Of a stretch of DNA of 64,000 nucleotides, positions 10,986 through 22,208 are shown in pieces. Below the pieces are notes generated by a model. The model made no database searches. It saw nothing but the letters and a program-made list of their open reading frames with translations, and was not told the DNA's origin. Each line of letters begins with the position of its first letter. Within the stretch, counting starts at the first letter, position 1. A program made the translations under genes and the position numbers. The DNA lies in assembly GCA_963826785.1 (NCBI GenBank), contig CAWGYD010000001.1, positions 32,001 to 96,000 of the forward strand, read 5' to 3'. The stretch is from an uncultured delta proteobacterium (GTDB lineage: Bacteria; Desulfobacterota; Desulfobacteria; Desulfobacterales; Desulfosalsimonadaceae).

Positions 10986-13239
10986 ATGCAGAATCAAGAC
11001 AGGCAGAAACGGAGTATAACTCGCATCGGGTGCCTCGTATGGATCTTTATGCTCATGGCGGCGATCCCCGCCGGCGCGGCGACGGTTCAAAATGTCAAGA
11101 TCGAGGGGAATCAGCGCATCGAAGATGATGCGATCCTGAGGGTGATCCAGACCCGTCCCGGGATCGAATACGACCCGGCGATGCTGTCCGCCGATCTGGA
11201 ATCCATATACGAAATGGGATACTTCGATGACGTCCGGGTGGAAGTGGAAGAAGGCGAAAGCGGCAACACGGTGATTTTCGATGTCAAGGAAAAGCCGACC
11301 ATCCGGTCGATCGAAATTTCAGGCAACAGCGTCTATGATGACGAAAAAATAAAAGAAAACATCGATATCAGCGAAGGCTCCATCCTCAACATCTTCAAGA
11401 TCAAGCGCAATATCAAGATGATTGAGTCCCTGTACAAGGAAAAAAATTATCACAATGTCAAAGTGACTTACCAGATCGAACCGCTGGAGCACAACCAGGC
11501 GAACCTGAAATTTGACATCGAGGAAGGCAAAAAGATCCGGATCAAGAAAATCCGTTTTGACGGCAATAGTGCCTATAGCGCCAAGAAACTGAAGAAGATC
11601 ATGAAAACTTCAGAGAAAGGGTTCTGGTCCTGGCTGACCTCCTCGGGGGAACTCGATCCGGAGCAGCTGCAGCAGGATGTGAACCAGATTGCCGAATTTT
11701 ACCACGACAACGGATATGCCACGGCCCGCGTGGGAGAACCGAATATTTCCTTCGAAGAAGACGGGATCTATATCGATATTAAAATCAACGAAGGGCCGCG
11801 ATTCAAGATGGGGAAGGTCCGGCTGGAAGGTGATTTTATCGATGCCGGAATCCGAACTGCGATCGAAGCTTGGCATTGTCAAAGAAGAATATTACAACCG
11901 GTCGGTCATCCGTCAGGACGTGATCACCCTCACCGATGTTTATGCGGACAAGGGGTATGCGAATGCCGATGTCATGCCGGAAGTGACGGAGCACCCGGAA
12001 GAAAAGACCATCGATCTGACCTACCATATCAAAAAGAATCAACCGGTTTATTTCGAAAAAATTATCATCTCCGGCAATACCAAGACCCGGGATAAAGTGA
12101 TCCGGCGGGAACTGGACGTATTCGAGCAGGAGCTCTACAGCAGCAATCGGCTCAAACGGAGCATCCGGAATCTGTATCGCCTGGATTACTTTGAAGATGT
12201 CAAGGTAAAGACCCTGCCCGGCACCACCGAAAATGACATGGTCCTGCAACTCGAGGTGGAAGAGAAACCCACCGGCACCTTTTCCTTCGGGGCGGGCTAC
12301 AGCGGCGTGGACAAGCTGTATGTCATGGCGTCCGTAGCGGAGCGAAATTTTCTGGGACGCGGCCAGTTCATGGAACTGAAGGTGCAGACCGGCAGCGCCT
12401 CCCGGCAGTACTCGTTTGATTTTACCGAACCGTGGCTTTTCGACATCCCTTTGTCGGCCGGAGTCAACGCCTATAAATGGGAACGGGAATACGATGACTA
12501 CGACCGGGACAGCACCGGCGGCGGGATCTCCTTCGGCTACCCGCTGTTTGATTATACCCGCGGCTATATCAAATACGGCTATGATGCCAGCAACATCAGC
12601 AATCTGTCCGAGGACATATCCCCCTATGTTTACGCAGGCGACAATGTGCAAAGCTCCGTTTCCCTGAGCATGGTGTACGACTCCCGGAACCGGGTATTCA
12701 ATCCCACCGAAGGGTCCCGCCACCAGGTCACCCTGCAGTACGCGGGACTTGGCGGTAATATCGGTTTTTCCAAGATTATCGCCGAAGCCGGCCGGTATTT
12801 CCCTCTGTTCTGGGGGACCGTGGGATATCTGCACGGGGAGGCCGGATATGTCAGGGAAAACTCGGGGATGGATCTGCCGGACTGGGAGCGGTTTTACCTG
12901 GGCGGCATCAATTCCCTGCGGGGGTTTGACTGGCGGGAGGTATCGCCGGTAACGGACACCGGGGTCGAAATCGGCGGAACGGAATACGTGCAGTTCAATA
13001 TTGAATACCTGTTTCCCATCATAAAGGATGCCGGGTTGATGGGACTGGTTTTTTATGATACAGGCAACGCCTGGGCCAGTGAAGGCCATTCCTACAGCGG
13101 GCTGCGGGAGAGCGCCGGATTCGGCATCCGCTGGTATTCCCCCATGGGGCCGCTGCGGCTTGAAAGAGGCTATATTCTCGACCAGAAACCGGGAGAGGGC
13201 AACGGCAGATGGGAATTTTCCATCGGCGGTTCTTTTTAA
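10986..13239 (+). CDS. bamA: Outer membrane protein assembly factor BamA; one frameshift near 11841
   Basis: POTRA repeats (10986-12095 ORF) continue in the 11689-13239 ORF (GNTKTRDKVIRRE, LRGF, WYSPMGPLR, terminal F); the frames join by removing one G in ATC-G-ATG. Confidence 0.93.
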
Positions 13240-13284
13240 GCAACAGAAAAGAAAGAGCAGTTAACAGGCAATAAGGAGTGACGC

Positions 13285-13809
13285 ATGAAATCGAATAAAA
13301 TCTTCTGGATGATCATGATCATGGCGGCGGTTGTCGCGATGCCGGCATACGGAGCGGATATCGCCAAAATCGGGGTAGTCGATTTTCAGAAAATTCTGAC
13401 GGAATCGGAAGCGGGAAAGGCAGTCCAGGAGAAGATTCAGAAAAGAGGCCGTGAAATGGAGACCAGTCTCAAGGATATCGGTTCCCAGATCGAAGCGCTC
13501 AATGATCAGCTGAGCCGGGAAGCCATGGTCATGAGCAAGGAAAAGCGCGACGAAAAGCAGCGGGAACTGGAAATCAAAAAATATGACTTCCAGTCGATGC
13601 AGAAAAAATTTCAAGCTGAATTCAGGGACATGGAAGGGCAGATGATCGACAAGCTGCAGAAGGAAATCCTGGCCCTGGCCGAACAAATCGGAAAAAAAGA
13701 AGGATACCTGCTGATCATCGAAAAAAGTGCGGTGGTCTATTACCCGTCTACCATCGACTTGACCGACCAGCTGATCGAGCAATACAATGCCAGCCATCCC
13801 AAGCCATAA
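13285..13809 (+). CDS. skp: Periplasmic chaperone Skp/OmpH
   Basis: Signal peptide, KIGVVDFQKIL, coiled coil, IDLTD; lies between bamA and lpxD. Confidence 0.92.
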   Translation: MKSNKIFWMIMIMAAVVAMPAYGADIAKIGVVDFQKILTESEAGKAVQEKIQKRGREMETSLKDIGSQIEALNDQLSREAMVMSKEKRDEKQRELEIKKYDFQSMQKKFQAEFRDMEGQMIDKLQKEILALAEQIGKKEGYLLIIEKSAVVYYPSTIDLTDQLIEQYNASHPKP

Positions 13810-13828
13810 TGATTTGCAGGCATAACTG

Positions 13829-14860
13829 ATGGAGATAAAACTTGGGGATCTGGCGCAAGCCATCGGAGCCGATTTTTCAGGGGATGCGGACAAGACCGTC
13901 ACGGGGGTGGCTCCGTTTGATCAGGCGGGCGCCAACGATATCACCTTTGCGGAGTCTGCATCCATGCTCAAGCGGCTTTCGGAATCAAATGCCGGCGCCG
14001 TGATCGTCTCGAAAAAATATGACGGGCCGGCGCCGATGGATCTGCTGCTTGCCGACCACCCGCGCCTGGCATTCGCCCGGGCCATGGCCTTGTTCCACCC
14101 GCCGCGTCCGCCAAAAGAAGCGCGCCATCCCTCCGCGGTGATCGGCGATGATGTTCAATTGGGCAAAGACGTGCAAATCGGCGCAAATGTGGTGATCGGC
14201 AGCCGGGTGCAACTGGAGGATCGTGTGGTGATTTGCCCGAACGTGGTCATCGGAGACGGCGTCTTTATCGGCGCCGATACGCTGATTCACCCCCAGGTCA
14301 CCGTGTATGACGGCACCCGGATCGGCCGGCGGGTGATCATCAATGCCGGTTCGGTGATCGGCAGCGAGGGATTCGGGTTTGTGCACGATGGCAAAATGCA
14401 TGTCCGGATTCCCCAGGTCGGGATCGTTGAAATCGAGGATGACGTCGAGATCGGCGCCCTGAACACGGTCGACCGGGCCACCTTCGGCAGAACCTGGATC
14501 CGGTCCGGGGTCAAGACAGACAATCATGTCCAGATTGCCCACAACGTGGAAGTGGGGGAGAATACCATCATCGTGGCCCAGGTGGGGATTGCCGGCAGCG
14601 CCCGCATCGGCAGAAACGTGATTCTGGCCGGTCAGGCCGGGATTGCCGGTCATATCAGCATCGGTGACGGGGTCACCGTGGGGCCCCAGGCCGGCGTTGC
14701 CCGACCGGTGCCAGACGGACAGATCGTGTCGGGAACACCCGAGATTCCCCATCGTTTATGGCTGCGGGTACAGCAGTTGATCCCCAAGCTTCCGGAATTG
14801 AAAAAGAAGATCGATGACATGGGAAAGCGGCTCGAAAACCTGGAAAAAAACAGCCGGTGA
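13829..14860 (+). CDS. lpxD: UDP-3-O-acylglucosamine N-acyltransferase
   Basis: Hexapeptide repeats, IGSEGFGF, DNHVQIAHNV. Confidence 0.96.
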   Translation: MEIKLGDLAQAIGADFSGDADKTVTGVAPFDQAGANDITFAESASMLKRLSESNAGAVIVSKKYDGPAPMDLLLADHPRLAFARAMALFHPPRPPKEARHPSAVIGDDVQLGKDVQIGANVVIGSRVQLEDRVVICPNVVIGDGVFIGADTLIHPQVTVYDGTRIGRRVIINAGSVIGSEGFGFVHDGKMHVRIPQVGIVEIEDDVEIGALNTVDRATFGRTWIRSGVKTDNHVQIAHNVEVGENTIIVAQVGIAGSARIGRNVILAGQAGIAGHISIGDGVTVGPQAGVARPVPDGQIVSGTPEIPHRLWLRVQQLIPKLPELKKKIDDMGKRLENLEKNSR

Positions 14861-14891
14861 ACCAACATGATGAATGAGGACCCAATCCGTC

Positions 14892-15353
14892 ATGAACGCG
14901 TTTGAGATCAGCGATATTCTTCAAGTGCTGCCGCACCGGTATCCGATGCTGCTGGTGGACCGGGTGATCGAACTGGTACCGGATTGCCGGATCGTCGCCA
15001 TTAAAAATGTGACCATCAATGAACCTTTTTTCCCGGGGCATTTTCCGGATAACCCCATCATGCCCGGGGTTTTGATCATCGAAGGGATGGTCCAGGCCGG
15101 GGCCATCCTGCTCAAAAAGAGCCTGCCGGCCGAGTTTGAAAACCGGATCTGTTTTGCGGGAATCGATGAAGCCCGCTTCCGGAAGCCGGTACTTCCCGGT
15201 GATCAGCTGGTATTTGAAGTCAGTATCCTGAAGAAACGTTCCAAAATCATCAAAATGGGGGCCAAAGCCTTCGTGAACAAGGTGAAAGTCGCCAATGCGG
15301 AAATCATGGCCATCATCGGAGGGGAAAATGATCCATCCAACAGCAATTGTTGA
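14892..15353 (+). CDS. fabZ: 3-hydroxyacyl-ACP dehydratase
   Basis: LPHRYPMLLVDR, KNVTINEPFFPGHFP..PIMPGVLIIE. Confidence 0.96.
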   Translation: MNAFEISDILQVLPHRYPMLLVDRVIELVPDCRIVAIKNVTINEPFFPGHFPDNPIMPGVLIIEGMVQAGAILLKKSLPAEFENRICFAGIDEARFRKPVLPGDQLVFEVSILKKRSKIIKMGAKAFVNKVKVANAEIMAIIGGENDPSNSNC

Positions 15354-16098
15354 CAAGAATGCGGAGTTAGGCGCCAATGTCCAGGTGGGGCCGTTTTCGA
15401 TCATCCGGGAAAACGTCACCATCGGGGACGGAACCTTTGTCGGACCGCACGTCACCATTGATCCTTTCACCCAAATCGGCCCCAACTGCCAGATATACCA
15501 GTACGCATCCTTAGGCACCGTCCCCCAGGCCATCCGATTCAAAGGGGAGGAGACCTATCTGAAGATCGGCGCCAATACCATCATCCGGGAGTTTGCCACC
15601 TTGAATCGGGGCACCGAATTCGGGGGCGGCATCACCGAGGTGGGCGAATCCAATTTCCTAATGGCCTATACCCACGTGGCCCATGACTGCCGGATCGGCC
15701 GGGGGGTCGTCCTGGCCAACAATGCCACCCTTGCCGGACACATCGTCATCGGCGATCACGTGATCATGGGCGGGCTGGTGGCCATACACCAGTTTGTCCG
15801 CATCGGCGATTTTGCCTATATCGGCGGAAAATCAGCCGTGGTCAAAGACATTCCCCCCTATGTGATTGCGGCCGGGGACCGGGCCACCCTGCATGGATTA
15901 AACAAGGTGGGGCTGCAGCGAAACGGGTTTTCGGAAGATGCGGTGTCCCATCTGAAAAAAGCCTACCGGATCATATTCCGGATCGGGATGACCGTCAACC
16001 AGGCGGTGGAGCGGGTGCTTGCCGAGGTGGAGAATACACCGGAAGTCCTCAACCTGGTGAACTTCATCAAGACGACCCAGCGGGGAATCACCCGGTAG
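15328..16098 (+). CDS. lpxA: Acyl-ACP:UDP-GlcNAc acyltransferase
   Basis: MIHPTAIV, hexapeptide repeats, HVAHDC, LAGH, HQFVRIG, GLNKVGL. Confidence 0.96.
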   Translation: MIHPTAIVDKNAELGANVQVGPFSIIRENVTIGDGTFVGPHVTIDPFTQIGPNCQIYQYASLGTVPQAIRFKGEETYLKIGANTIIREFATLNRGTEFGGGITEVGESNFLMAYTHVAHDCRIGRGVVLANNATLAGHIVIGDHVIMGGLVAIHQFVRIGDFAYIGGKSAVVKDIPPYVIAAGDRATLHGLNKVGLQRNGFSEDAVSHLKKAYRIIFRIGMTVNQAVERVLAEVENTPEVLNLVNFIKTTQRGITR

Positions 16099-16110
16099 GG
16101 TGATCACCGG

Positions 16111-16938
16111 ATGAAGATGAATCACCGTATCGGACTGATCGCCGGAAGCGGCCCCTTTCCCCTGGTGTTTGCCCAGAAGGCGAAAAACAAGGGGTTTGAT
16201 GTCTATGCCATCGGATACCACAATGAAACCGATCCGGCGCTTGCACATCACGTGGCGCATTTTGAATCCATCCATATCGGCCAGGTCAAACGGCTGCTGA
16301 ACTATTTCAAATCCAACGGGGTCAGTGAAGCGGTGATGATCGGCGCCATCAAAAAGCCCGGCTCCATCTCCGAGATCAAACCCGATTTAAAGGCCATCGC
16401 CCTGATCGCCGGCATGCGGCACAACACCCATGACGATCGCATTTTGCGGGCGTTTGCCAAGGCCCTGGAAGACGAGGGAGTGAAAATCCGGCCGTCGACT
16501 TTCCTGATTCCGGAGCTGCTGGCGCCTGAAGGGTGCTGGACCCGGAGGCGGCCGACGAAAACAGAGCAGTCCGATATCAACCTGGGGTGGAAAATGGCCA
16601 AGGCCATCGGCCGTCTGGATATCGGGCAGTGCGTGGCGGTGCAAAACGGCACCGTCATGGCCGTGGAAGCGGTGGACGGGACCGACGCTACCATCAAGCG
16701 GGCCGGCCGTCTGGCCAGAGGAAATGCGGTGGTGGTCAAAGTCTGCAAACCGATCCAGGATTTTCGTTTCGATGTGCCCGCGGTGGGGACGCAAACCCTC
16801 CGGAGCATGAAAGAAGCCGGGGTGTCGGTTCTGGCCATCGAGGCGAACCGGTCCCTGGTGTTTGACCGGGAGGCCATGGTGGACCTGGCGGACCAGTGGA
16901 AGATGACGATTGTGTCCATGGCCGGCCCGGAACAGTAA
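16111..16938 (+). CDS. lpxI: UDP-2,3-diacylglucosamine diphosphatase
   Basis: IGLIAGSG, LDIGQ, AVEAVDGTD, QDFRFDVPAVG; follows lpxA. Confidence 0.93.
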   Translation: MKMNHRIGLIAGSGPFPLVFAQKAKNKGFDVYAIGYHNETDPALAHHVAHFESIHIGQVKRLLNYFKSNGVSEAVMIGAIKKPGSISEIKPDLKAIALIAGMRHNTHDDRILRAFAKALEDEGVKIRPSTFLIPELLAPEGCWTRRRPTKTEQSDINLGWKMAKAIGRLDIGQCVAVQNGTVMAVEAVDGTDATIKRAGRLARGNAVVVKVCKPIQDFRFDVPAVGTQTLRSMKEAGVSVLAIEANRSLVFDREAMVDLADQWKMTIVSMAGPEQ

Positions 16939-17073
16939 ATGCAAGCCGGGTTGGCTTAAGATCAGTGCGCGTTGATGCGCATGTGCACGCGGGTCTGAGG
17001 CAATATTTCCGAATGGCCGGAGACAGGCGCCTGTTGCGGGTGTGGAAATTGAAAAGATGAAAGGATCGATATA

Positions 17074-18030
17074 ATGGCGAAAGTCCGGGCCGGAGTGGTG
17101 GGAGTGGGATATCTGGGTAAATTCCATGCCCAGAAATATGCCGCCATGGAAAATGTGGAACTGGCCGGGGTTGCCGATGTCAATTTCGAGCAGGCGAAAG
17201 CCGTCGCCCAAGATGCCGGGTGTACGGCATATGGCGATTTCAAAGATCTTTTCGGAAAAGTGGATGCCGTCAGTGTCGCGGTCACCACGCCGGCGCATTT
17301 TAAAATCGCCAAGGGGTTTTTGGAAAACGATGTCGACGTGCTGATCGAAAAGCCGATTACCACCACCCTGGAAGAGGCGGATGAACTGATCCATATTGCC
17401 AAAAATCGGGGCCGCATTATCCAGGTGGGGCATCTGGAACGGTTTAACCCGGCGGTCATGGCCATCAAGCCTGTCGTGGACCACCCCATCTTCATCGAAT
17501 CCAACCGGTTGAGCTTCTACAAGGACCGCGGCACGGATGTCAGCGTGGTGCTGGACCTGATGATCCATGATATCGACATCATATTGAGCTTCGTGCATTC
17601 AAAGATCCGCTATTCGCATGCCATGGGGGTTTCGGTGGTATCAAACAAGCTGGACATCGCCAACGCGCACCTGGAATTTGAAAATGGCGCGGTGGCCAAT
17701 GTCACCGCCAGCCGGATTTCCAGCAAGAGCGAGCGCAAGATCCGTCTGTTCCAGAAAAACGGATATATCTCGGTCGATTTCGCCAATCGATCCATCATCC
17801 ATGTCCGGCCCGGAGCCGATGACCCCAATTGTCCCATTCCGGGCATGCACATGGAGGAAAAATCTTTTGCCGAGGGAGACGCCCTGGCCGCTGAAATCAA
17901 ATCGTTTATAGAGGCGGTGATCCATCGGCGGACACCGGAAGTGACCGGCGAAATGGGCCGCGATGCACTCGAGGTGGCGCTGAGTATCACGTCCCAGATC
18001 AAAGAAACCAGCCGATATTTCAATTTATGA
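17074..18030 (+). CDS. Gfo/Idh/MocA oxidoreductase, GnnA-like (UDP-GlcNAc 3-dehydrogenase candidate)
   Basis: GVVGVGYLGKFH, EKP, VGHLERFNPA, DVSVVLDLMIHDID; lies between lpxI and lpxB. Confidence 0.8.
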   Translation: MAKVRAGVVGVGYLGKFHAQKYAAMENVELAGVADVNFEQAKAVAQDAGCTAYGDFKDLFGKVDAVSVAVTTPAHFKIAKGFLENDVDVLIEKPITTTLEEADELIHIAKNRGRIIQVGHLERFNPAVMAIKPVVDHPIFIESNRLSFYKDRGTDVSVVLDLMIHDIDIILSFVHSKIRYSHAMGVSVVSNKLDIANAHLEFENGAVANVTASRISSKSERKIRLFQKNGYISVDFANRSIIHVRPGADDPNCPIPGMHMEEKSFAEGDALAAEIKSFIEAVIHRRTPEVTGEMGRDALEVALSITSQIKETSRYFNL

Positions 18031-18034
18031 TGCC

Positions 18035-19228
18035 ATGAGCCCGCCATCTGAAACCCGAAACATCGTGATCATCGCCGGCGAAACGTCCGGGGATGCGCAT
18101 GGGGCCCACCTGGTCCGGGCCATGAAGAAAAGGGATGAATCCCTTTTTTTTGTCGGCATCGGAGGTGAACGGCTAAAGGCCGAAGGCGTGGACATCATCA
18201 TGGACGCGGCGGAGCTTTCCGTGGTGGGGATCACCGAGGTGTTTTCCAAGATTTCGAAGGTGCTTCAGGGGATCGGCGAAGTCAAAAGGATCATGCGCGA
18301 ACGCCGGCCGGAGTTGATCATCCTGATCGATTTTCCGGATTTTAATCTGCTCATGGCCCGGTATGCCAAAAAACGCAACATCCCGGTGCTCTATTATATC
18401 AGCCCGCAGATCTGGGCCTGGCGCTCGGGGAGGATCAAGCAGATCAAAAAATACGTGGACCGGATGGCGGTCATCCTTCCTTTTGAAGCGGCTTATTACC
18501 GCAACCAGGGCGTTTCGGTGAATTTTGTGGGGCACCCCCTGCTCGATTACTACGAAGACTCTGGCGAAAACGCGCAAAAACAGCCGGGGTCGCCGCCGGT
18601 GATCGGGATTCTGCCGGGGTCCCGCCGCAGTGAAATCGAGAAAAATCTGCCGGTCATGCTGGCAGCCGTCAGCCTCCTGCAGCGCCGGTTTCCCGAAATG
18701 CAATTCTTGATTTCGCTGGCGCCTTCCATCGACCGGCAATGGGTTCAATCCTTCATCACCCCCTACACCGGGACCTGCCGGATTGAACTGGTTGCACAAG
18801 GAGTCGCGAAGATATTTGAAAAAGCCGATCTCATCGTCGCCGCGTCCGGAACGGTCACACTGGAAATCGCCATGCACGGGATTCCCATGGTCATCGTGTA
18901 CCGCATTTCACCGGTGAGTTTCATGCTGGGCCGGGCGCTGATCAATGTCAGCCATATCGGTCTGGTCAACCTCATCGCCGGTGAGCCGGTGGCGCCGGAA
19001 CTCATCCAGGAGCAGGCCAACCCGAAACGGATCGCCGCCGCTGTGAGCCAAATGATTGAAAATCCGGAAGAGACCGAGCGCATCCGGGAGAAACTCCGCT
19101 CGGTGCGTGCGCGCCTGGGGCAGCCCGGTGCCTCGGAAAAAACCGCGGATATCGCCATGTCGATGCTTGAACCGAGAGCTTCCATTGATCGCGACCCGGT
19201 CCAATTGCACCCCCAAAGCGAATTTTAG
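18035..19228 (+). CDS. lpxB: Lipid-A-disaccharide synthase
   Basis: AGETSGD, IDFPDFN, SPQIWAWR, VGHPL, LPGSRRSE, SGTVTLE. Confidence 0.97.
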   Translation: MSPPSETRNIVIIAGETSGDAHGAHLVRAMKKRDESLFFVGIGGERLKAEGVDIIMDAAELSVVGITEVFSKISKVLQGIGEVKRIMRERRPELIILIDFPDFNLLMARYAKKRNIPVLYYISPQIWAWRSGRIKQIKKYVDRMAVILPFEAAYYRNQGVSVNFVGHPLLDYYEDSGENAQKQPGSPPVIGILPGSRRSEIEKNLPVMLAAVSLLQRRFPEMQFLISLAPSIDRQWVQSFITPYTGTCRIELVAQGVAKIFEKADLIVAASGTVTLEIAMHGIPMVIVYRISPVSFMLGRALINVSHIGLVNLIAGEPVAPELIQEQANPKRIAAAVSQMIENPEETERIREKLRSVRARLGQPGASEKTADIAMSMLEPRASIDRDPVQLHPQSEF

Positions 19229-19234
19229 CTAAAA

Positions 19235-21019
19235 ATGGCCAAAACACCGATTCTGAAAAAGAGACACCAGCAGCTGTTGGAATACATCAAGGGAAGCTGG
19301 TTCAAACTGGGACTCTCCATGGTGTGCATGCTGTCGGTTGCCGCCACCACTTCGGCCACGGCCTACCTGGTGAAGCCCGTTTTAGACGATATTTTCATGA
19401 AACAGAATGTCTTCATGCTCAAGCTGCTTCCCCTGCTGGTCATGATCATTTTCGTTGTCCGCGGGGTGGCCATGTACGGGGAAGAGTACCTCATGAACTA
19501 TGTGGGGGAAAATATCATCCGGCAGCTCAGAGACAGTCTGTATGTGCGGATTACCGATCTTTCCCTTTCATTTTTCCATGCCGAACGGACCGGCGGCCTG
19601 ATGTCGAGGATCACCTATGATGTCAATATCATCAAAAACATGGTGTCCACGGCGGTCACCGGCGCGCTCAGGGACTGCTTCACCGTTGTCGGGCTGATGG
19701 TGGTCATTTTGTACACCGACTGGAAGCTTGCGTTCCTGGCATTTGTCATCCTGCCGGTCGCATTTTTTCCGGTGGTCAAGTTCGGCCGACGGGTCAGGCG
19801 CTTTTCCACCCGCAGCCAGGAGAGCATGGCCGATATGAATGCCTTTCTGCACGAGACGTTTACCGGAAATAAAATCGTCAAGGCATTCGGCATGGAAAAC
19901 CATGAAAAAAAGACATTTTTCGCCAAGAATCGAAACGTGTTCCGGTTTGAAATCAAGTCCATACGGGCAAAGGCGCTGACCTCCCCGGTGATGGAAGTGC
20001 TGGGCGGCATCGGGGTCGCGCTGGTGATATGGTACGGCGGGTATCGGGTGGTCAACGGCAGTTCCACACCGGGGACATTTTTTTCATTCATGACGGCCGT
20101 CATGCTCCTGTACCCGCCGGTGAAAAAAATTTCCAAGCTCCACATCACCGTCCAGCAGGGGATGGCTGCCGCCGACCGCGTGTTTGACATCCTGGAAACC
20201 GACCCGGAGATCAAGGACCCCGAAGAACCTGCGGTGATGCCGTCCGGAACACACCGGATCCGTTATGAAAATGTGTCTTTTTCATATGACGGAGAGGAGA
20301 TGGCCCTGAAAAATATCGATCTGGCGGTGGATCCCGGGGAGATCCTGGCCATCGTGGGGATGAGCGGGGGCGGCAAGACCTCCCTGGTCAATCTGCTGCT
20401 GCGGTTCTATGATGTAAGCAAAGGCGCTATCAAGATCGACGGGATTGACATCCGGCAGCTGACGGTTTCGGATCTTCGATCCCAGATCGCCATCGTTACC
20501 CAGGAACCCATTTTGTTCAACGACACCATCCGCTGGAATATCGCATACGGCAAACCGGACGCCACCCAGGAACAGATCGAGGACGCGGCCCAGGCCGCCT
20601 ATATTTACAACTTCATCAAAAGCCTCCCCAAAGGATTTGATACGGTGATCGGGGAGCTGGGAAGCCGGCTTTCCGGAGGGGAAAAGCAGCGGATGTGCAT
20701 TGCCCGGGCGCTTTTGAAAAACGCCCCGATCCTGATTCTGGATGAAGCCACTGCGGCCCTGGACGCCGAATCCGAACGCCTGGTCCAGATGGCATTGGAA
20801 AACCTGATGAAGGGCCGGACCTCGTTTGTGATCGCCCACCGGTTTTCCACCATTGCCTACGCCCACCGGATCATCGTCATGTCAGCGGGGCGGATCGTGG
20901 AGGAGGGGACGCACGAGGCCCTGATGCGCCGGAAGGGGGATTACTACACGCTGTACCAGATGCAGTTTGCCGATAAAAACGGCCCGGCCTGCACGGACCG
21001 GTGCGCTGAAAACGCGTAG
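19235..21019 (+). CDS. msbA: Lipid A flippase ABC transporter
   Basis: TM domain plus NBD (GMSGGGKT, LSGGEKQR, ILDEAT); located in the lipid A cluster. Confidence 0.9.
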   Translation: MAKTPILKKRHQQLLEYIKGSWFKLGLSMVCMLSVAATTSATAYLVKPVLDDIFMKQNVFMLKLLPLLVMIIFVVRGVAMYGEEYLMNYVGENIIRQLRDSLYVRITDLSLSFFHAERTGGLMSRITYDVNIIKNMVSTAVTGALRDCFTVVGLMVVILYTDWKLAFLAFVILPVAFFPVVKFGRRVRRFSTRSQESMADMNAFLHETFTGNKIVKAFGMENHEKKTFFAKNRNVFRFEIKSIRAKALTSPVMEVLGGIGVALVIWYGGYRVVNGSSTPGTFFSFMTAVMLLYPPVKKISKLHITVQQGMAAADRVFDILETDPEIKDPEEPAVMPSGTHRIRYENVSFSYDGEEMALKNIDLAVDPGEILAIVGMSGGGKTSLVNLLLRFYDVSKGAIKIDGIDIRQLTVSDLRSQIAIVTQEPILFNDTIRWNIAYGKPDATQEQIEDAAQAAYIYNFIKSLPKGFDTVIGELGSRLSGGEKQRMCIARALLKNAPILILDEATAALDAESERLVQMALENLMKGRTSFVIAHRFSTIAYAHRIIVMSAGRIVEEGTHEALMRRKGDYYTLYQMQFADKNGPACTDRCAENA

Positions 21020-21026
21020 AACGGCC

Positions 21027-22208
21027 ATGAAATCCCTTGACCGATACCTGTTTCTTGAACTGATCCCGCCGTTTGTCTTAAACCTGGTGTTCTTCATGTT
21101 TGTATTTTTGATGCGCCAGATCCTCGATATCACCAACATGATTGTCAATTACCAGGTGGGAATACTGGCATTTGCATTCATGTTGCTGTTTTCAATGCCT
21201 TTTTTCCTGATTTACATTATCCCCATGTCGGTGATGATGGCGGTGCTGCTGACATTTCTGCGCATGTCCGGCGATAATGAGATCGTGGCGCTCAAGGCCG
21301 GCGGGATCAGCCTCTACCGGATGCTCCCGCCGGTGGTCCTGTTTTCCCTGGTCTGCACCCTGATTACCCTGTTCATGGCCGTTTACGGCATGCCCTGGGG
21401 GCAGCAGGCCTATAAGCGGCTGGCCCTGGAGGTGGCCCAGTCCAATTTCAACCTGGGCATCAAGGCGCGCCAGTTCAATGACAGTTTTGAAGGGGTCATG
21501 TTCTATGTCAATGAGGTCGATACTAAAACCCGGGCTTTAAAGGACATCTTCATCGAGGACCAGCGGGAAGCCGGTGCCAGCAGCACAGTGGTGGCACCCC
21601 GGGGAAACCTGCTTTCCGGGGCCGAACCCTACTCATTTGTATTGCGGCTTTATAACGGAACCATCAACCGGGTCAACCTCAAGGACAAGACGGCGCATAC
21701 CATTTCATTCGACACCTATGATCTGAGGCTGGATTTGAGCCAGGCGGTATCGGCGGTTCGCAGGGGGAAAAGAAGCGCAAAGGAGATGAGCCTTTCCGAA
21801 TTGAGGGAGCAGCTGAAATCCACGCCCCGGAAAGATCAGCGGTATTATTCCCTGCTGCTGGAATTTCACAAGAAATGGTCCATTCCGTTTGCCTGTATTG
21901 CCCTGGGCATACTGGCCGCACCGCTGGGGGTCCAGTCGAATACGTCCCGGAGGACTGCCGGTTTGGGCATCGGATTGACCGCCTTTTTGATTTATTATCT
22001 GATGCTGTCCGCCGGTCTGGTATTTGGGGAAACCGGCAATTACCCCCCCTTGATCGGGATGTGGGTTCCCAACATCATCATGGGCGGGGCGGGGATCTAT
22101 CTTCTGGTAAAGACCGCCAATGACCGGCCCATCGGGTTGTTGGAAATACTTAAAAAATGGCGGCGCCGGCTCGAAAATCTCATCAGAAGATGGGTTGCAT
22201 TCAAATGA
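21027..22208 (+). CDS. lptF: LPS export ABC permease LptF
   Basis: LDRYL..EL, RMSGDNEIVALKAGGIS, EFHKKWSIPFAC. Confidence 0.92.
   Translation: MKSLDRYLFLELIPPFVLNLVFFMFVFLMRQILDITNMIVNYQVGILAFAFMLLFSMPFFLIYIIPMSVMMAVLLTFLRMSGDNEIVALKAGGISLYRMLPPVVLFSLVCTLITLFMAVYGMPWGQQAYKRLALEVAQSNFNLGIKARQFNDSFEGVMFYVNEVDTKTRALKDIFIEDQREAGASSTVVAPRGNLLSGAEPYSFVLRLYNGTINRVNLKDKTAHTISFDTYDLRLDLSQAVSAVRRGKRSAKEMSLSELREQLKSTPRKDQRYYSLLLEFHKKWSIPFACIALGILAAPLGVQSNTSRRTAGLGIGLTAFLIYYLMLSAGLVFGETGNYPPLIGMWVPNIIMGGAGIYLLVKTANDRPIGLLEILKKWRRRLENLIRRWVAFK

Noticed and set aside
11830..11850. Programmed frameshift or split bamA
   Set aside because: No slippery sequence; one extra base in an essential gene is best explained as an error
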